Positions 42,358 through 54,010 of a DNA stretch of 64,000 bases are shown in pieces. How positions within the stretch are numbered: the stretch's first letter is position 1; each line of letters starts with the position of its first letter. The notes under the pieces are model-generated. The model had not been told where the DNA came from, searched no databases, and saw only the letters and a list, made by a program, of their open reading frames with translations. This DNA is from Xylographa opegraphella. Lineage: Eukaryota. The DNA is taken from NCBI GenBank assembly GCA_022813865.1, contig JALDZX010000003.1, forward strand, positions 496,001-560,000. The letters are read 5' to 3'. The translations under genes and the position numbers were made by a program.

Positions 42358-43233
42358 GCGCCTTGCAATTTCGACAACGAGGTCAGTAGAATATTTCCAT
42401 AGGTCTCTTAGTGTATCAAATATACTAACAGTAGTAAAAGGGGTTAGGAGGCTGCGAGTAATAACCGAAGTTGGCTTTTGGGCACTGGGGGAGCGGAGCG
42501 TCAGAGAGATGATTGGTATTTGCAGCCAGTTGGTTCATGAGCGCCAGGGGAATTGATGGGCGAGTGTCTCCATCTGACGGTTGGAGATACCGGATTGAGG
42601 TGGCGATTATGGAAAAGGAACGGTGGGCTGCTTGGTGTTGATCTAAGAGAAGTATGTTATTAAGGAATGGAGGTTCATTATACAATACTCAAATTCCTGT
42701 TACCGTAAATGATTACAAGTTTTGCAGGGAGTGATCAAAGAAATCCGATATCCTTAGCCTCAAGGAAAACTGGTAAGAGTTTAGATAGAATAGAAGTACT
42801 AAAGATGGCTTATTTCCAGGCGACCCACTGGCTACTGTACGTGTTCGATATAAGCCTCAAGTAAATACATGGAAATCGACGATGGTCTTGTTAGCGGTCA
42901 CGTGGTTAGGCTAGATTAGCGGTCAAAACTCGGCTTGGATTCAGGTACTTCGTACTACCCCTGGAGCTCGTCAAGTAGGTTCAGGTCACATATATCAAAT
43001 ATTTCCCTCGAAATGTGTCTACGGAGGACCAGTAGAAGACCACCGATATTAAAAGCGGGAGATACATGAATTACTGAGCACAAATGTGACCCTGTTCCAC
43101 TTCCCAGTCTGTCGCAACCCCCTATTGTCGGCGGAGATGCATCGCCGCCCTGACGAAATCCGACTTTGAAATATGATTTGGCGGGTTCCATCATCTGCCA
43201 CTTTTCTCCACGCCAGTTCCCGACTTTATTCTC

Positions 43234-44345
43234 TCAAAATTTGACACTGTTATCCGGAAATGCGTCGACTGGATTGATTTCAGTGCAGTGTCCTAAGTAA
43301 GGATTATCAAGGACGTATCCGGCCTGCTTCTGGGCAGCAAGCGACCATCCCCGAATATCTTTCTCGGTCCACCTCAAGAACTGATTCTCCTGAATAGAAA
43401 TCAGCGAGCAAGCTCAGTGACCCTTAAGACGGCCACGATACTCATTGATGCTGATGACTACGTGAGATTGAGCGATCGAAAACCATGGTACTGACCTCTG
43501 GCCGCAAGTATGAACGGCAATAGAAAAAGCCATGCACGGATCTACTTTGAGCCGTCGTGTTCGCTCCTCCTGCATGAACTGTCGAGCCCAGGAACAAGAA
43601 CGCTTCGCCCACGCCCATTTCGACAGCTTCGGCCTCATGTGCCTTCGGGCGCCGTGTGTCGTCCCACAAGTGAGAGCCAGGTACGACCTGATGGGGATTT
43701 CAGCGTCCGCACCGAGCAGCGTTTTGAGGCGATACCTCGGTGAGAAGTAGTCTTACCAGCGTGGCTCCATTTGCAGCTATAGTCTTGACACCAGGGACAA
43801 GCAGGCCCATGGCGACGTCGGAACCCACTCTATAAGTTGCCCCGTCCTCGGCTTTATGCGTCTGCTGCCAGATGAAGTCGTCACGATGTAAATCCTGAGC
43901 TTTGACGCCAGGGCTGATATCCAAGGTCGCCGAAGCAGAGAGAATGGCATCGGAGACCAACTCTGTTCCATTAGCATCGTTGTACGGTACCGAGACGGTG
44001 CGGAGAAAGTGGTTAATAATTCTGAGCAAGTTCGGTTGTTGTAGCCAGACCTCTCGCGCTGTTGTACTTCGACCGAAGAGCAGCGTGCATCGACTCGTCT
44101 CTCGAGGAAGAGAGCGTGATTTCCGCTGGCCAACGGTATTAGCTACGCAGAGGCGGAAGGGGATATGGGGAAAATGAAGCAATCGGATTTACATCGTTAA
44201 TGATGGCATCAATGAAGGGAGCAGCATCGGCATTGACGCGCAGAACCTCTTCTATGCTCGAAAAGCCGGTTAAAATGACACCGCCGTCTTCCTGGATGAT
44301 TTTAATTGCGGCATTTGGCTCGTCCAGGGGAACACGGCGTATCAT
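43234..44345 (-). CDS. Fe(II)/2OG dioxygenase, phytanoyl-CoA dioxygenase (PhyH) family; 4 exons
   Basis: IIQEDGGVILTGF, QDLHRDD (HxD), ANGATLV.PG, FLGSTVHAGG (distal His) and YLRPEENQFL, typical of fungal PhyH-type tailoring oxygenases. Confidence 0.88.
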
Positions 44346-44872
44346 TTGTGCTATTTTTTCTGATCAGGTTACGCAGTGGTTATTGACCTGTATTTTCGCT
44401 GGAATAGCTGTGAAGTATATACTGGAACATACAGTTTATGCTGTGGTCTAAATATACACGTGTGTTCGATCATCGCCCATAGTTCGGGAAATTATACCAA
44501 AGCAGTGCCAGCTTGTTTACTTTTAGCAGCTGTTAAATAACGCAGCATTACATGAAGCTTATTCTCTTCACCTGAGTCAAGATCGCCTTCCCCCAGTATG
44601 ATATTCAAGTCGCTGACCCTTTCTCAGGTTGCAATGTCCGCGGCTGTTAACATTAAGCTTCGGCTCTGTGGTCAGTCGATTTCCCGAGTGCCGACACAAT
44701 TCAGACTCAGACATCTCCTCAAAGGCTCCACTCGACCACAGCAGCTACAGAAGGCGTTGTTTAAGACACAAGGGGCGTGTGGTAAAAAGTTAAGTGCAAT
44801 TCAGGATACTGATACGTAAGATATTAACTTTATCACTAGATATGTGAATGCTAACCAATGATATCTTAAATT

Positions 44873-45634
44873 TCAATCAGTAGTCTTCGCCAAAGTAATG
44901 GGCAGGCTAAATGTCTCTGGTTTTTCCCAGTAATACAAATCCGAATCTGGGTTCTTGGTGGCGGAAATGTGGTTGGGAACCTTGGTCGCCCAGAGCTGAG
45001 ATTCCGTCTCCGTGGCCTCTAGCTCTGGCGCCGCGCACTGCAGGAAAGAGATGATGGCAACACGAGGATTGTAACAATCCTCGTTGTAACCCTTCCAGGT
45101 GAAATCATCGAAGACCAGCGTACCCCGCACGTCCAGCATTCGCCAGCTGAGGACCGCGTCATGCAGGACATCCAGAGATACATGAGAAGCGTCGATGTAA
45201 ATGAAGTCAAATCGGGCACCCTCAGTCCGTAGCTGGATCAGGGCGTCATCACTCGTGGCTTTGATGACTCGAAGTTTCGAGGCGTGCTCGCATTGGGAAA
45301 CGTTGAAGCGGAATCGACTTTCGAGGGAGGCAAGCCCATAGGCACCGGTGTCGTCGGCCTGGTGCTCCATGCCACCGGCGAAGGTGTCGACGGCGGTCAT
45401 AGTGGAATCTGGATGGCTCATCAGGTTCTCCAAGATCCAAGTGGTTGAAGCGCCTTCGAAGGAGCCAATCTCCAAGATACGAAGCTGACGGCCGCGAAGA
45501 GGTGCCGTGAGCTTCTCCCAGTCTGGGCGAATCAATTCGAACCAGGAATGTTGGAAGTTGAAGCGGCTCGATTGAGAGGCGGATTGAGAGGTGGGGTGGG
45601 TTGCACTCGCCTGTAGATCTGCATTGGAGGTCAT
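44873..45634 (-). CDS. Class I SAM-dependent methyltransferase (Methyltransf_24-like), intronless
   Basis: ILEIGSFEGAST (motif I), AVDTF, FDFIYIDASH and GTLVFDDF. The first ATG is at 45634. Confidence 0.85.
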   Translation of the reverse strand: MTSNADLQASATHPTSQSASQSSRFNFQHSWFELIRPDWEKLTAPLRGRQLRILEIGSFEGASTTWILENLMSHPDSTMTAVDTFAGGMEHQADDTGAYGLASLESRFRFNVSQCEHASKLRVIKATSDDALIQLRTEGARFDFIYIDASHVSLDVLHDAVLSWRMLDVRGTLVFDDFTWKGYNEDCYNPRVAIISFLQCAAPELEATETESQLWATKVPNHISATKNPDSDLYYWEKPETFSLPITLAKTTD

Positions 45635-45680
45635 GTTGCAGGCTTGGAGGTGATCGCCGAGGAAGCATGGGGATGAATGG

Positions 45681-45718
45681 AAAAGCAGCAAAAGCAGCAA
45701 AAGCAGCAAAAGCAGCAA
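45681..45718. repeat. (AAAAGCAGC)x4 short tandem repeat just upstream of the methyltransferase ATG
   Basis: Four perfect 9-bp units are directly visible. Confidence 0.9.
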
Positions 45719-46450
45719 TGATATTTGGCTTTCATCAGGGTGAGTCTAGGTCTCCGAGATCTACTCTGGTGTTTTTCTAGTGGCACGCCCGGCGTTGGTG
45801 AGGTTCGATTGATGTAACCCAGCCTCGACGCTGATAAGCAAACGCTGCATCCGTATACACGTAATATGCATTATTACCTAAAGGAAAGTGGAAATCCCGA
45901 GGCGGGAGAAGGGGAATTGCGAGTCCAATGCAGATTTGTTACAATTCGATACGGAATACCGTATGAAAAGCTCCCAAGATAGTGCCAATGCAAGAAATCA
46001 GGCAGGGAGCGGGAGAGAGTGCTCTAGAACACCCCTGCACACCTAGTCCCGGGTAAAGTGCATGGATAATCCTAGGATAGCCTGCCTAATCTGATCGGAG
46101 GTGCATATGCACGCTAATGCATGGCGGGAGGCACGGAAGGGCCGGCAATGTAAAATACGAAACCAGTAATCTGACGGAAAAATACGAACTCTCCTAGGCT
46201 CAATCTCAACGTCGGCTGCACGTCGTCTCTGCTGTTCCCCTTCATGGATGAACACGATGGAGTCATTCTGCAGAGGGAAGCGCTTAAGGAAGGTTCAATG
46301 CTTGCTCCCAATCTTCCACGTCTCTGTCTCTCAAGCTTCTTTCCTCTGCTTTCACCGCGCGTCCATTGATTGTCCTTTCCCCTCCACACTCCCCTTCCCA
46401 CTCACTGCAGTGTCGCATTTGCAGTCAGCCCTTCTGACGAATCTTTTATT

Positions 46451-48563
46451 ATGTCTCCTCTGCCTTGTACCACCGAGCTTCATCATGGTGCATACAAGAT
46501 TCACAGCTATGCACCGACACCCCCTCTCGAGAGCTTCGACCCTCGGACCGTAAAATATTCCAATCTTATCACTTGGTGTTTATGGTTGTCGTATACCCTC
46601 TTTCAGGTGAACCTCGCCCGGATTCTCCAGAATGAGACCCTGTATTTCATGTGGCGCATGTGGGTTTGTTTGTCGGCCGAAATATGTCTGTCGTTTCAGG
46701 GATTCGTCCTAGCTCTTAATCTGATCTTAATCCAATTTTCTGTAAACGATACCCGAAGCCGCCCATGCTATCGGTTGATCAATGAGTCGGCTCCTACAAT
46801 CGATATTCTTGTCACGTGCTGTGGAGAACCCTTGGATGTCATTGCCGACACTGTTGCAGCAGCAGCCACACAGGATTATCCTTCACAGCAGTTTCGCATC
46901 TTCATTCTGGACGATGGGCGCAGTGATCAGCTTCAAGAGGCTGTAAAGCTATGGAATAAAAAGTCTAACGATAACAACGGTCCCCAGATCCATTATTTCT
47001 CCAGGAAGCTGAGAGCAGGCATTAAATCTTATTTCAAAGCAGGAAATCTTCGCCATGGCATTGAAGAAACAAAGTCCCGAGGAGGGTCTGAATTCCTCGC
47101 ATCTCTCGATGCCGATATGCTTCCGGAGCCCGACTGGTTGCGAAGAATGGTCCCTCATTTGATCCTCGATGACGGCCTGGCTATGGCATGCCCTCCACAG
47201 GTGTTCAATCCCACGTCGATGTCCAGGAATATCTGGCTGACTCGAATTGCAGTACTACTACAACCTCCCAGATGACGACCCCTTGGGCCAGCAAACCGAT
47301 TTCCATATCTGGTTCACAATATTCGAACCGTTAAACGATCGTTTAGACGCAGCGATGTGCACAGGGACCGGTTTCGTCGTCCGCCGGAGTGCTCTCGAGC
47401 AGATCGGTGGCTGGCCTTTCGCGGAAGCCGCCGAGGATTTTATGTGTTCTACGACCTTGAACAATGCGGGTTGGAAGGTTGCGTTCGTTGGCGAAGCCTT
47501 GCAGCACGGCCTTGCCCCGGAATCCATGCACGCACACGTGAAGCAGAAACAACGCTGGGTACGGCAGCCCTCCTGTCCGCGATGGCCACAGGTAGCACAA
47601 TTGACGGTGCACAGGTCGATGGCGGTATTGAAGTGCACAAAAGGTTCGGATTTTATCTGCCCGGCTTCTCCGAAATGACTTCTCAGATGACATGGGGCCA
47701 GCGAGCCGTCGGGATCTCGATGGCCCTGCGGGAATACGCTCCAATCACGAACGTGTTATCCTTGATCCTGCTGCCGATAGCCATCGCTCCCTCCCGAAGT
47801 GACCAGGCCAGCCTCGTAGCCGAGCACCTCTCCTCCTGGTTCTGGCTGCGCGCCGTTTTCGCAGCGTCTTTCTTATGCCATAAGCTCAATGACTTCCTCC
47901 TTTACGGCCACATCGGGCTCCGCCGTCTCGCCAACCTTAGAAGCATGGATATCTGGTGCGCACCCTGTAAGTCACCTTCGAAGGAACAATCATCCCTTCA
48001 CCACTTCCAGCTCCTTTCCCTCTCCTCTCCGAAGCTCAATTCAAATACGACCCCTAACCTAACGTCATCGCCGGCTCCCAGACTCCGCCACCCGCTGCCT
48101 GCGCTCTCTCCTTCCCCCCGCCCTCAACCCCCTCGCCTTTGAGTCCACCGGCTCAGCGCTCAACCCCGTCAACGAGCGCTCGCAAACCCACCGCATTCCC
48201 CTCCCGCAGCGCCTGCTCAGTCCCGATCTGCTGCTCTACCTCCTCTACAGCGCGTACACTACCGTTCCCCTACTACTACGCCTGCGTTCCGACCTTCTGT
48301 GCCCCACAACTCCTTCCCTGGCGCCCGGCCCTGGCGCCGTCCTCGTGCTTCTCCGCTGCGTCTGGCAGGCGTCGTTGCCGCTGAGATACATGCTTGCGCC
48401 GCCGACGGTGCCGCCAAGGGAGGAGCTGCTCGAGGCGGATGGGAGGGGCGGCAGGCGGCCGAGGAAGAGGATGGGAGTCGGGGTGGAGGTGGAAACGGGA
48501 TCGCCGATCGGGTGGGTGGATCTACTGGAAGGGGTGGTGGTGGCGCTGTATTGTATCCGCTGA
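46451..48563 (+). CDS. Membrane-embedded family 2 glycosyltransferase, cellulose-synthase-like; 4 exons (~46451-47200, 47253-47558, 47615-47967, 48082-48563)
   Basis: D,D,D,QxxRW signature ILDDG, KAGNL, LDADM, AEDF and QKQRW. N- and C-terminal TM segments; the exon frames join cleanly. Confidence 0.88.
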
Positions 48564-48962
48564 AGTGGGGGTGGACCGGGGTTTGGAGGGTGTGGGTGGA
48601 GAAAGCTGAGGGAAGTAGGAAAGAGTGAAATGATGTGGGTTTGCTATGCCTTGAAAATCACTGGCCATGGATGATTACGTGTCTGTATCGCAGTGAGCGA
48701 CATATGTATTTTTGTTTTAAGATATTGAGATGGCGAGGAAAGGATGCTATGACTGAACAAAGCCGTGAAACGGCCACAAGTCGATAGACGAAAGATGTGA
48801 TATTGAAGCCAAACTGCATAAGCAACCAAGCAAAAGTCGTGAATCTCTCCACATTATCCAAAAACACGGTTCCTACACGACTCGACCGCCCCCTGTCGTT
48901 TAGTCGTTCCATCGTTTGATAAATGCTACTTCATCCCACACTCACGTCTTCTCGGCTCACAT

Positions 48963-51900
48963 TCACTGGTCCACCCCCACCCCCGCCCCTCTCCCCGGCC
49001 GCGGCAGGAAGCCAATCTCGATCAGATACTCCACATTCCGCTTCACCACACGCATCATCTCCGCCTCGCCCTCCATGTCCCACCACTTCTCCACCTCCAC
49101 CCCGACCTGGCCGCCATCCCGCTCCAGGACATGCAGCATCGGGAACAGGCCATGGGCCTCGCGCCTCTCGCCGACGCGGGCCCGCAGGCGCTCCATCCAC
49201 GCCTCGTACGGCAGCGGCTCGAGCGCGTAGCCGAACTCGTCGCTCAGCAACGCCCACACGCGGGCGAAGGGGAGGCCGTCGAGGACGCGGTCGACGTGGG
49301 GGGCTGCGGCGCCAGCGCTCGGCCAGAGAGCCGCGACAGCGCGGCGCGCTACGCGTCCGACGTCGGCGACGAACAGCCAGTGCGAGGCCTCGGTGGCGTT
49401 GTAGGCGCCGATGTCGATGCAGGCGGCGACGAGGCGCCAGAGGAAGTCGCGCGTAAGGGCGACGCCGGCGGAGGCGGTGCCAATGATGTAACCCGGCTTG
49501 AGGGTGCTGAGGCGGGTGTGCTGAAAGGCAGGGTGTGGGACGCAGGCGCGCACGAGCTGCTCGGATACCGCTTTGCTGAAGGCGTAGCCGTCGGCGGGGT
49601 GGGGGTCGCTGGCCGAAGGTCGGGGTCCAGCGGGGGATGAGGTCCCGGAGCTGGAGTGGTTGGGTTTCTGGCCGCCGGAGACGTAAACAAACGCGGATAT
49701 AGTGGGCGAGAGCGCGGCGGTGCGCAGCAGCTCGAGGGTGGGCGAGACATTGAGTGGTTTGAGAGTTTCGTATGCGGAGCTGTAATGCACGCGGGCGCCG
49801 TTATGAATGATAGCGTGTATGCAGTGACTGTTCGGACTGCCAACACCACGGAGAAGTGATAGTTGCTGGGTGTTGAGGCCTAGGTCGGATTTTGTGAAGT
49901 CGCCCTTCCAGACTTTGATTCTGGTGCGGAAGGTATCTTGCCACCAGCCACTTTTGACAGCTGCATCTACGATACGTCGAAAGCCAATGGGCTCTGTAAA
50001 ACATCGCACGAGGGCAAATGCGTGAACGTTCGGTCTTTCAATCAGATGCTGTAGAATCGCAGAACCGAGGTAGCCGGAGGCGCCTGTGAGAAAGACATTC
50101 TGTATCGGTATCTTTTTTTGCAAGCCGGTATTCGGACTTTGAGCCTTGATGTCTCTAAACAATCCCTCGCTCAGATGTTCGACCTCCTGGCGTAAATCAA
50201 CCTTTACAGTCTCGTTAAAGCACATCCATGGTTGATCTGCATGATCGACCAGGTGTGCCAAGTCCCTAATGCTGACCTGTGGACTCAGTAGTACATCCAT
50301 AGGAACCTTCACGCCGTGTTCTTTCTGCAGAAACATTGACAAGGAGATGATCTGAATGGAATCTATTCCGGCCGACTGGAGCTTGAAATCGTGCTTTGCA
50401 AGCATTTCCCGCTTCACAACATCGTTGAAAGCCACAAGTTCTGCCACCTTGAGGCTCAGCTCGTTTGCTGTGACTTCTGTGGCATCCAGCTTGGAAGTCT
50501 TGAGATCAAGCATCGTAGTATAAGCTATCTTGGAAGGTCTCGATTCCATGTTCACAAGCCATTCGTTGATGGATTTCCGATCAATTTTCAGCGAGGGAAC
50601 GAACGGCATCCTTTCAATCACGAGACACGCTGTGGGAATCATGTACCCTGGTAAACTCTGCCCGAGGTGCTCCCATAGGTCTTCGATGGATAGAGATTGA
50701 TCCGGAGCCAGGGAAATAGGCTCATGCAAAATCCTCGATGGATTGGACTCCGAGTTCTGCATCTGTACTACAGCAACTAGCTCTTCAGCAAAGCACCCTT
50801 GTTTGGGTCGGATCACGATCGATTTCGCAATTCCTGGAATCCGCCTAACATGGTGTTCTATCTCACCGGGCTCGATTCGTTGTCCCCGAAGTTTGATCTG
50901 ACTATCTTTTCTTCCTACAAAATCGTACGAGCCGTCGAATGAGCTAGTGTTGATTCTGAGGAGATCTCCTGTGAGATAAAACCGTTGGCACTTCAAACGC
51001 AGTTCACGCGCCCACGAAAGATGCTCGAGAAAGGATGACCGGGTCTTGGCTTCATCATTCAGATATCCGCGTGCCAAACTTGGTCCTGCCACTACTAACT
51101 CGCCCACAGCACCGATTGGAACAAGGCGCTGCGGATCATCTGGATCCACCAGCCAACATAAAGAGTTGTGTAATGTATATCCGACGGTTTCTGGGAGAGT
51201 CTGGCTTGGATGCATATGCAACATCAAGCAAATACCAACCTCGGCAGGCCCATAGATTTGGATAAGCGAGACTTTCGTCGCCCATCTCTCAATGTGATCT
51301 TGCGGTAGAGCCTCACCGCCAATAGCGAGTGTTCGTAGTGACGGGACCGTGGAGGGCTCAATCAGCCCTGCGAAAGACGGTGTTAAAATCGCAAAGTCGG
51401 CTTTCATACTATTGATTACACCAACTATGTTGCTGCGGCGGTCTTCTTCTGACGGTATGCATATGACTCCACCAAAAATTAACGTTGTGAAAATATCTAT
51501 GATTGCTACATCGAATGTGTGAGCAGCGAACTGTAGAACTCGTGCCCCGTGGTAACCCATTGCCTCCCCGTGCGTTATGGCATGGGTGCAGATGGCGCCA
51601 TGCTCATGGATCATTCCTTTCGGTTTTCCAGTTGAGCCAGACGTAAACAAAACAAATATAGGATCGTGGGGAGTAGTGTCAATGGAAGTAAAATCATGTG
51701 CCTTGTGAGATTGAAGTTTGTTGACCGTTGTGGCTGAAATTGTCACAACACGTTTTACCAAGCCAACGAGAGTTGATGCGAACATGTCAGAGGTAACAAT
51801 CACAGTTGCTTGAAGACTGTTCAAGATCTCTTCGATCCGTGACCTTGGATGTGCAGGATCAAGAGGAACGAAAGCACCTCCTGCCTTCAAGATTGCTAGT

Positions 51901-53063
51901 GTGGCAATGACGGTCCAAAGGCTTTTCTCGTACATGAATGGTACAAACATTCCAGGGACCACGCCAGCTTGTATCAAGTGCTTTGCAGCGATCGATGAAA
52001 ATTGGTTCAATTGGGTATAGGTCAAAGAGCCGTCCCACGCACAGATAGCCTCGGAGTCTGGTATAGCCCGAATAGTTGCTTCGACAAGATGATGCATGCA
52101 GCTCATCTGAGCGTACGGATCCTTGGGATTCCATGATATCATTCTTTGCTTATCTTCCTCGCTGACTGAATCAAGCTGGCCGACTGTGCATTCATTTTCA
52201 AAGACTAAGCCGCTCATGATCTTCCGGAATGTACTGGCCACAGCGTGGGCATATGGTTTGGAGATTGCTGGCCACTTATAGCCGATTGTAACATCGATCA
52301 ATGATTGAGTCGCATTGTAATTCAATATGAGATCGAACTGCTGAGATAAAGATTAGCCGAAGCAGTAAAAGTGATAACGAACGAGACTCGTCAGTGATTT
52401 TTTCATGTGCCTTCGTATGTAAGTTTGCATATTCGACGAGATCAATATAGACGATATAGTGCTGTGTTACTGATAATCGATTTTGGCCAAATTAGGACAA
52501 ATATTACAAAGCAATTCGGTGAATTTCACGATAACTGACTTCAGAAAAGCGAGCTGATTTACCGATTGAGAACTCGTAAGTCGCTCGTGACTTGTATATG
52601 GCCCCTCCGTAGTTGATGAGGGAAAGCTCAACAAGTTTACTGCCGTGTTGATATTTGACGCCTTCAAGGTTGGCTCAGTAGATCTCCAAGAGGCAGCTAC
52701 ACGAATATCTTTCAACCGACACTCGTCTGTACACTGAAATAGGACCACCGAGACCCCGGTGCCTTCACTAAGCGGTACTCCATTGGCACTTCTTTGGTCG
52801 GAATAGAGAGCCTGATCTCCAGAAATAACGGCGAATGCAACAGAGCCATTTCGCAAGTAGGTCCGCAGCAAAAGAGCCCAGGCGGCCAGCACCAAATCTT
52901 TCGATGACTCGAAGCCCTTCCCCAAAGCGGGCAAGGTTGCACCGTCAGGGAATGCAGAGACAACGTCGTAAGTGCGATCCTCGATGTTTCTCTGCGAAGA
53001 GATGGGGAAGCGGCAGTGCTGAAGGCTGAGTTCCTCTGAAAGGTCCTCTGGAGCTGAGCCCAT
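48963..53063 (-). CDS. NRPS-like enzyme: degenerate N-terminal C-domain fragment, then A-T-R (thioester reductase)
   Basis: A-domain cores LTYTQL, LKAGGAFVPLD, FTSGSTGKPKG, FDV, YGPAE, GELVVAGPSLARGYL, YLTGD and GRKDSQIKLRGQRIE. T motif GIDS. R domain FLTGASGYLG and YAFSK. The upstream exon has LAAWALLLRTY. Splicing at ~52340-52545 is uncertain. Confidence 0.92.
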
Positions 53064-54010
53064 AGCTAGAGTTGATTGATAAGCTGATCAGCAGTAAACT
53101 TGCACGTACATCCATGAGAATGAATAGATACCAGTTTGGAACTAGCGAGATACAAGAGTCACTTGATTTGCTCAGCCGCTGAAGCGTCGTCGGATGTACG
53201 CATGTACACGGCGTATATGACAAAAGTATACATGACTTCCGGGCCAATTGAGGCATGAGAATCGTGGAGCCGAGTTTGAAAACAGATGAGGTGTGATGGT
53301 CGGCACCTGAACCCGGTGCAGGATCCACCCGAGTCAGAGTTCTGCATCCTGTTCACATCCAGATCATCCACCGCAATTGGACCTACTATAGTGCATTGAT
53401 GCACGCCACGCGAATGCGCATGATGAATTTGGAGATGTCGATGTGGTACGGAAACGCCAGGGTTAGCTTGGCGCATACCTTCGACGCAGATACGGGCTAA
53501 GGTAGTTCAGCCGGATTTCCGAGCCAAGATTTAGCGATCTTTCGTTCGGCGGCTAATGCAGCTAAATCTGTACGCCGATCTGGTCAAGGGGGCTCCCATC
53601 TGGCCTTGGGACTCCAGACCAAAACCCTGCAGGATTGGACAATAATACCGTACCGTACCGTAATGACAGGGTAGCGTGGATTGCCCTCATCTGCATGGGG
53701 TGGGCTCCATGGTCACGGAGGGCTTGATGGCGATCTCCGAATTTGTCTGAGAGCGAATATTCGATGTAACTCTCGACGAATAACCGTACCGAAGATGTGC
53801 TGATACGTACTGTTCTGCAACCGACCCCTTGGCTGAAGGAAAAGATCGTTGGCAGAGCCATCGGATAGAGAGGGTAAATAAATATACGTATGAATATATA
53901 TGTATATATATATCTCTCCTTTCCTACAAGAGAGCCACCATGACAAAAAGGTTTCCCTGCCACGCTTCCTTCCCATTTTCTGGCAGCATCCACGGTGTTA
54001 GTGATTGCCC

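Noticed and set aside
45635..45718. Poly-Leu signal peptide on the methyltransferase
   Set aside because: It arises from a TTG start read through the (AAAAGCAGC)4 repeat; the first ATG is at 45634.
48900..49860. Multiple overlapping Arg/Pro/Gly-rich ORFs (also at 19550-20080 and 55600-56660)
   Set aside because: These are shadow frames of real genes in GC-rich islands where stop codons are scarce.
48963..52325. A-T-R as the housekeeping aminoadipate reductase LYS2
   Set aside because: The A domain is of the peptide-synthetase type (AWDGSLTY, YGPAE, hydrophobic pocket), has a C-domain remnant and sits among tailoring genes.
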